This document shows, piece after piece, positions 6,276 through 11,256 of a DNA stretch of 11,256 bases. The DNA is from a bacterium (lineage in GTDB: Bacteria; Zhuqueibacterota; Zhuqueibacteria; Oceanimicrobiales; Oceanimicrobiaceae): assembly GCA_046757525.1 (NCBI GenBank), contig JBHHYI010000134.1, positions 1 to 11,256 of the forward strand, given 5' to 3'. Each line of letters begins with the position of its first letter. Position 1 is the first letter of the stretch. The notes below the pieces were generated by a model, which saw nothing but the letters and a program-made list of their open reading frames with translations, had not been told where the DNA came from and ran no database searches. The position numbers and the translations under genes are program-made.

Positions 6276-6393
6276 CTACGGTTCGACCTCAAACACCTCG
6301 TACGGTTTTAGAGACTCCATGAACTTTCTGGTCTCTCTCAATTCGAATTTACGATCGGACAGCGCCGATGAACAAGAAAAATCGGTCTCTGCT
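6276..6393 (-). pseudogene. actD: C-terminal remnant of alternative complex III subunit ActD (DUF3341)
   Basis: SRDRFFLFIGAV, then after a 1-nt shift DRKFELRETRKFMESLKPYEVFEVEP-stop, resembling the DUF3341/ActD C-terminal pattern (DRFFL.I...D.KF.L.ET..F.ESL....V.EV). Confidence 0.65.
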
Positions 6394-6498
6394 ACCTCCT
6401 CCAGACTCCGCGAGTATTGCTTGCCCCGCCCTGCCTGTAGCCTGGACCGGATGGCTGCCAGGTCGAATGGTTTTTCCTTATCTTAGATCCCTGGTCAT
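6384..6498 (-). pseudogene. actB: N-terminal remnant of alternative complex III subunit ActB (TAT-variant molybdopterin oxidoreductase-like)
   Basis: KPFDLAAIRSRLQAGRGKQYSRSLEEVAET resembles the ActB N-terminal GKQYWRSLEE motif (TGG to TCG). ATG 6498 is out of frame with it and overlaps an upstream TAC-CAC-AGA-TGA. Confidence 0.65.
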
Positions 6499-6676
6499 CT
6501 GTGGTAAAATGTGGCTCTCGCAAGTCTTCGTGGTTAGTTCTCAGTAGCAGCAAAATGTTAGCTCGCAAAGTAGGACTCCTTCCGCAGAGGAAGCTTAATT
6601 CGCGTACCTAAGAAGGGTCGATGAAGTTCTGGTGAGGTCCCGTTGTCCGAAAAGACAAGGTTCCGGAAGGCAGCAG

Positions 6677-7312
6677 CTACTTCTTGCGCATATAAACGAT
6701 CTCTATTGAAACGTACTTCTTACCGGCTGGACTCCTGTCATATTCGCGGTAAATGTACTTATCGTTGCCAACCATGTCATAGACGCGCTTGATCTCCTTC
6801 TGCGAGCCGCTCATGGGGTCGTCATAAGAACCGGTGAATGTGATCATCTTGCCGCTTGCATCGGAAAGACCTTCGGCAAACACCACCATCGTATTGAAGT
6901 TGTCCATCCAAAACGAGAGGTATTTCTGCTTGTAGTTGTCATAGCCAAGGATATGAAAGCCCTCGAACGCCTGCGGCATCCAGTCGGAAGGTTTACCCTG
7001 AATCTTTTCCGTCAAGAATCGGCCGCCAAGAATCCATTCGATTTCACTCTCGCTGTGGATCTCCTGCCAGGGAGCGTTTTCGGCCATCCGCACTTTGCCG
7101 GTCAGTTGCCACTTCCCGGCCAGCGGTTTAAGGTAGTCGTGGTATTTGCCCGGCTGGGAATACTTCATATATTCGGCAATGGCTGCCTTCATGTCATCAG
7201 CACCGGCTTGCTTCCCGGGCTCTTGTTCAGACACCTGCGCCTGAACCAGGCCGGGCACCACCGCTGCCAGCAGCCAAACCAAAAAACGACCCCGAAACCA
7301 TATTTTTCGCAT
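6677..7312 (-). CDS. Secreted DUF1579-family protein
   Basis: Signal peptide (basic N-terminus, hydrophobic core, VQA-Q). Motifs PGKYH..L..LAGKW, ILGGRFL, FEG..ILGYDN and WMDNFNT. RBS AGGAGGT overlaps the kbl stop. Confidence 0.8.
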   Translation of the reverse strand: MRKIWFRGRFLVWLLAAVVPGLVQAQVSEQEPGKQAGADDMKAAIAEYMKYSQPGKYHDYLKPLAGKWQLTGKVRMAENAPWQEIHSESEIEWILGGRFLTEKIQGKPSDWMPQAFEGFHILGYDNYKQKYLSFWMDNFNTMVVFAEGLSDASGKMITFTGSYDDPMSGSQKEIKRVYDMVGNDKYIYREYDRSPAGKKYVSIEIVYMRKK

Positions 7313-7322
7313 GGTGAACCTC

Positions 7323-8498
7323 CTAAATTAAATTCAACTCCTTGCCAGCCTTTTTGAACGCGCTGACAGCAAAGTCCAGATCTTCGTGGGAATGGGTGGC
7401 TGAATTCATGACCCGGATCCGGTCTTTGCCTTTCGCAACGGTGGGGTAGCTGATGGCCATGGCAAACACGCCACCGTCAAACAACATGCGGCTGAAGTCC
7501 TGAGCTTTCTTAGCGTCGCCAATCATCACCGGGGTGATGGGGGTTTCGCTTGTTCCCAAGTCGAACCCCGATTCTTTGAGCTTGGCTTTGAAGTACCTGG
7601 TATTGTCCCAGAGCTTTTCCACCAGGCTGCCGGATTCCGTCAAAATGTCCACGGCCTTGATGCAGGCTGCAACGTCTGCTGGCGTCACGGCGCTGGAAAA
7701 CAGGAAGGGTCTGGCGCGCTGGCGCAGGTAATCGACGATCTGCTTCTTGCCGGAAACGTAACCGCCCACCACACCAAACGCCTTGGACAGAGTGCCGACT
7801 TCGATGTCGACTCTTCCGTGCAGGCCAAAATGGTCTGAAATCCCGCGCCCGGCATCCCCCAGAACGCCCTCACCATGCGCGTCGTCTACCATGACGATGG
7901 CGTCGTGTTCCTCGGCCACCTCCACAATCTCAGGCAGCGGTGCAATATCGCCGTCCATGCTGAACACGCCGTCGGTGACCACCAGTTTGCGCCTGGCAGC
8001 GACCTCACGATCCAACACATCGTTCAAGGAGGTGGCATCGCAATGGTTGTAACGAACCACTTTAGCTTTGGTGAGCCGGCAACCGTCGATGATGCTGGCA
8101 TGGTTCAGCTCATCGGAAAAAATGATGTCTTCTGGCCCCATCAGAGCAGGAATGGTGGCCAGGTTGGAATTGAATCCGGACTGAAAGGAAATCGCGGCCT
8201 CGACCTTTTTGAATTTGGCCAGCTTCTCCTCGAGTTCGTTGTGCAACGACATGGTGCCGGCAATGGACCTGACCGCGGCCGGCCCAACGCCAAATTCTTC
8301 AATGGCGCTTTTTGCGGCTTCTTTCAAGTCGGGATGATTGGCAAAACCCAGGTAATTGTTGGCACACATGTTCAGCACTTTTTTGCCATCGACCTCGACC
8401 CAGGCTCCCTGGGCCGTACCAATGGTTCTAATGTCGATTAAGAGTCCTTGCTCTCTTAATTGCTTTAATGCCTTTTCAATAAAATCTAATTTGGCCAT
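7323..8498 (-). CDS. kbl: Glycine C-acetyltransferase (2-amino-3-ketobutyrate CoA ligase), PLP-dependent class II
   Basis: [34 protein letters not shown] and PLP-lysine GTLSKAFG; adjacent to tdh. Start at ATG 8498 (MAKLDF) with GGAG RBS. Confidence 0.92.
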   Translation of the reverse strand: MAKLDFIEKALKQLREQGLLIDIRTIGTAQGAWVEVDGKKVLNMCANNYLGFANHPDLKEAAKSAIEEFGVGPAAVRSIAGTMSLHNELEEKLAKFKKVEAAISFQSGFNSNLATIPALMGPEDIIFSDELNHASIIDGCRLTKAKVVRYNHCDATSLNDVLDREVAARRKLVVTDGVFSMDGDIAPLPEIVEVAEEHDAIVMVDDAHGEGVLGDAGRGISDHFGLHGRVDIEVGTLSKAFGVVGGYVSGKKQIVDYLRQRARPFLFSSAVTPADVAACIKAVDILTESGSLVEKLWDNTRYFKAKLKESGFDLGTSETPITPVMIGDAKKAQDFSRMLFDGGVFAMAISYPTVAKGKDRIRVMNSATHSHEDLDFAVSAFKKAGKELNLI

Positions 8499-8649
8499 TT
8501 TGTACTCCACAGTTAGATCCAAAATTATTTTATTGTCAAGAAACGCTGGCGCAAACAAGACGTTTGCGTTACAAGGAGCAAGCCAGTACCTGAACCAGCC
8601 AGACGACCGCTGCCAGGCACAGCGGCTCTCTTTTGAACAGCTACATTCC

Positions 8650-9699
8650 CTACAATCCTTCCGGGTAAAAAACAATCTTACCACAATTTCCGCTTTTCAT
8701 CAACTGCATCCCCTGGTCGAATTCCTTGAGACTAAACCGGTGGGTAATGACCGGGCTCACGTCCAACAGTCCGGATTCAAGGAAGCGGGCGGCTTTGTAC
8801 CAGGTGGAAAACATGCGCCGGCCTGTAATCCCATAAACCCGCACGCCCTTCATGATGATCCCCTCATTCAAGTCGATGGTGACGTCGCCGTTGAACAAGC
8901 CCAGCAGCGAAAGCCGGCCACCAGAGGTGATGATCTTGATGCCTTGACTCAAAGCGGTGGCATTTCCTGACATCTCCAAAACCACGTCCACGCCATCACC
9001 GCGGGTGGCTTCTTTGATGATGCCGACCACATCGTCCTCTTTGGCATTTAGAGCCTCGTGGGCACCCATCTTTTTGGCGATGTCCAGCCGGAACGCGTTG
9101 ACGTCGCTGGCGAAGATCGAAGTGGCGCCGCTGATCTTGGCCAGACCGATGGCGAAGAGCCCCACCGGCCCACAACCCAGCACCGCAACGGTTTTGCCGG
9201 CGATATCCTCTGCCAGCACCGTATCGATGGCGTTGCCCAGGTTTTCCTGAATGGTGGCGATTTCGGGCGGCATGTTGGGGTCATTTTTCCAGATATCGAT
9301 TTCCGGAATGGCGACAAACTCCGCAAAAGCCCCATCGCGATCGACCCCGAGAATCTTTAGATTCTGGCAAACCTCAGAACGGCCGGTGCGACACTGGTAA
9401 CAAAATCCGCAGGGAATGTGGGTCTCCACCGACACCGCATCCCCCACTTTGACGCTGGTCACGCGCTCGCCGACCCTCTCCACCACGCCGGTCATTTCGT
9501 GTCCCATGATTTGAGGCAGGCGGATCCGATTCTGCGCCCATTGATTCCATTCGTAGATGTGCAAGTCGGTGCCGCAAACGGAAGTTGCTTTCACCTTGAT
9601 GAGGACGTCGGTGGGTCCAATGGCCGGGATTTCCACTTCTTGTAATTGTGCCCCCGGCCGAGGATCCGCTTTTAGAACCGCCTTCATTTTTGTAGACAT
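8650..9699 (-). CDS. tdh: L-threonine 3-dehydrogenase (Zn-dependent)
   Basis: [13 protein letters not shown], four-Cys structural Zn motif CGFCYQC...C, GCGPVG Rossmann motif, [10 protein letters not shown]. Start at ATG 9699 after AAGGAG. Confidence 0.95.
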   Translation of the reverse strand: MSTKMKAVLKADPRPGAQLQEVEIPAIGPTDVLIKVKATSVCGTDLHIYEWNQWAQNRIRLPQIMGHEMTGVVERVGERVTSVKVGDAVSVETHIPCGFCYQCRTGRSEVCQNLKILGVDRDGAFAEFVAIPEIDIWKNDPNMPPEIATIQENLGNAIDTVLAEDIAGKTVAVLGCGPVGLFAIGLAKISGATSIFASDVNAFRLDIAKKMGAHEALNAKEDDVVGIIKEATRGDGVDVVLEMSGNATALSQGIKIITSGGRLSLLGLFNGDVTIDLNEGIIMKGVRVYGITGRRMFSTWYKAARFLESGLLDVSPVITHRFSLKEFDQGMQLMKSGNCGKIVFYPEGL

Positions 9700-9814
9700 G
9701 AACGCCTCTCCTTTGGAAAAGAGCTGTTTCAATGAGAAAGGTTGAATTAATACCAAAAAAAGAAGACAGCCGCACGAATAATCTAATAAATCGCCCTCTA
9801 AAAATCAAATGCTT

Positions 9815-11191
9815 TCACAGTCTGCTTTTGGCCACATTTACTGCCACGAGAACCGGATCCCACACCGGCGCGAAGGGCGGGGCGTAGCTCAAATCCAGAG
9901 AGGCCATCTCGTCCAGGGTCATCTTGTTGGTCAGCGCCGCTGCAAAAATATCGATGCGCTTGCTCACGCCCGCCACCCCGACCATTTGAGCGCCCAGCAA
10001 GCGTCGGCTGCGCTTGTCGAAAATCACCGCAACCGTCACGGGATTCACGCCCGGGTAGTACCCGGCTTTGGAATTTTCGGTGATGGTCACGCACCTAACC
10101 TCGTAGCCCAGGCTTTTGGCGGCGGCTGAACCAAGTCCGGTTCGGGCCACCTCCAGGTTAAACGTCTTGAACACCGAGGTGCCGACAACCCCTTTAAACG
10201 TGGCGTACCCACCGGCGATGTTCTCGCCGGCCACCCGGCCCTGTTTGTTGGCTGTGGGGCCCAGCGGAATGTAGTCGGGTTTTCCGGACACCAGATTCTT
10301 CACCTCCACACAATCGCCGGCGGCACAAATGTTGGGAACGCTGGTTTGCATCTTCCAATCGACTGCAATGGCGCCGGTGCTCCCTAAGCGCAGGCCGGCT
10401 TTCCGCCCTAAGGCGACGTTGGGCGCCAACCCGGCCGCTACCAAAACAAAATCGACGGGCACGGCCTCGTTCTCATCTTTCAGAATCAGTGCGTCGACTT
10501 CTCCCAGCGAATTTTCCTCCAACGATTCCACTCGCTTCGAGGTCAACACACGGACCGCATTAGCTTGCAGTTCCTGGCTAACCCGTTGGGCAATGTCTTC
10601 CTCAAAATCAGGCAGGATTTGTTTCTCGCGCTCCACAATGGTGACTTCGATAAAGCGCAGCCGGAAAGCCTCGGCCATTTCCATGGCGATGTAGCCGCCA
10701 CCGATGATGGCAGCCCGCGCAGGCCGGCGCCGGTCAATAAATTGTCGCAGGTCGATGCCATCCTGCAAAGTTTGGACGGTAAACACGTTTTTCAAATCCA
10801 TGCCTGGAATCAGGGGTTTCTTGGGCGAACCTCCAACTGAAATCATCAGTCGGTCATACTCGTAAACGGCTTCCTGCTGCGTCTGCAAGTTTACCGCGAC
10901 AAGCACGCGCTGCACCGGTCTTACCTCCACGATTTCGTGCAAGGTCAGAACCTCGATGCCGCGCCGTTGCCGAAATTCCTCCGCTGAGACCGCGATGAGC
11001 TCCTCAGGTTCGCGGACCAGGTCAGACACGTAATAGGGAATGCCACAGGCGCTATATGAAACGTGGGCTGTTTTCTCGAAGGCGATGACTTCCAGATTGG
11101 GATTCATGCGTTTGGCTTTGCTGGCAGCGCTCATGCCAGCCGCGCAGCCGCCGACGACGAGGAACCTCTCTTTGCGCGTTTTGGAATTCAT
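9815..11191 (-). CDS. cdr: CoA-disulfide reductase / NADH oxidase-family FAD-dependent oxidoreductase
   Basis: VGGCAAGMSAAS FAD motif, single redox Cys in SYSACGIPY, IGGGYI NAD(P)H motif, AAGDC, PLGPTANKQGR and DLSYAPPF. No C-terminal rhodanese domain. Start is ATG 11191 or TTG 11209. Confidence 0.82.
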   Translation of the reverse strand: MNSKTRKERFLVVGGCAAGMSAASKAKRMNPNLEVIAFEKTAHVSYSACGIPYYVSDLVREPEELIAVSAEEFRQRRGIEVLTLHEIVEVRPVQRVLVAVNLQTQQEAVYEYDRLMISVGGSPKKPLIPGMDLKNVFTVQTLQDGIDLRQFIDRRRPARAAIIGGGYIAMEMAEAFRLRFIEVTIVEREKQILPDFEEDIAQRVSQELQANAVRVLTSKRVESLEENSLGEVDALILKDENEAVPVDFVLVAAGLAPNVALGRKAGLRLGSTGAIAVDWKMQTSVPNICAAGDCVEVKNLVSGKPDYIPLGPTANKQGRVAGENIAGGYATFKGVVGTSVFKTFNLEVARTGLGSAAAKSLGYEVRCVTITENSKAGYYPGVNPVTVAVIFDKRSRRLLGAQMVGVAGVSKRIDIFAAALTNKMTLDEMASLDLSYAPPFAPVWDPVLVAVNVAKSRL

Positions 11192-11256
11192 TGGATTAGT
11201 ACCTGACAAGTCAACTTCCGTCAGTTTTTAGCAAAATATTTTTTGACAGGATTTAC

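Noticed and set aside
8499..8684. Cys/Trp-rich N-terminal extension of Kbl in the ORF track
   Set aside because: It overlaps the tdh 3' end and intergenic DNA; the RBS and family length support the start at 8498.
9700..9756. 19-aa N-terminal extension of Tdh
   Set aside because: A strong RBS precedes ATG 9699, and family-like sequence begins there.

Overview
A bacterial window in which all supported genes lie on the minus strand. Read in the direction of transcription, it starts with a CoA-disulfide reductase/NADH oxidase-family flavoprotein, tdh and kbl (threonine catabolism) and a secreted DUF1579-like protein. Next is a decayed ~660-bp scar (5843-6506) that reads as spliced fragments of an alternative complex III operon (actA end, actB start, actD end, probable actE start) joined to the 3' half of an inactivated SDR gene. 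An AT-rich accessory island (~3640-5830) follows, carrying two hypothetical proteins, an RHH-like DNA-binding protein with a repeated palindromic upstream site, a frameshifted DprA/SMF (SLOG)-like gene and a degenerate attC-like site. Then comes a promoter-to-terminator unit of ~360 nt with no convincing long gene, and an unusual tightly coupled pair: an orphan ECF-type ATPase with a His-to-Gln switch motif and an orphan PilM with a ~160-aa disordered N-terminal extension. The window ends in a cluster of GTC(A/G)T...ATGAC-bounded palindromic repeats that includes a ~148-bp direct repeat. Family assignments come from motif recognition only; no database searches were run.
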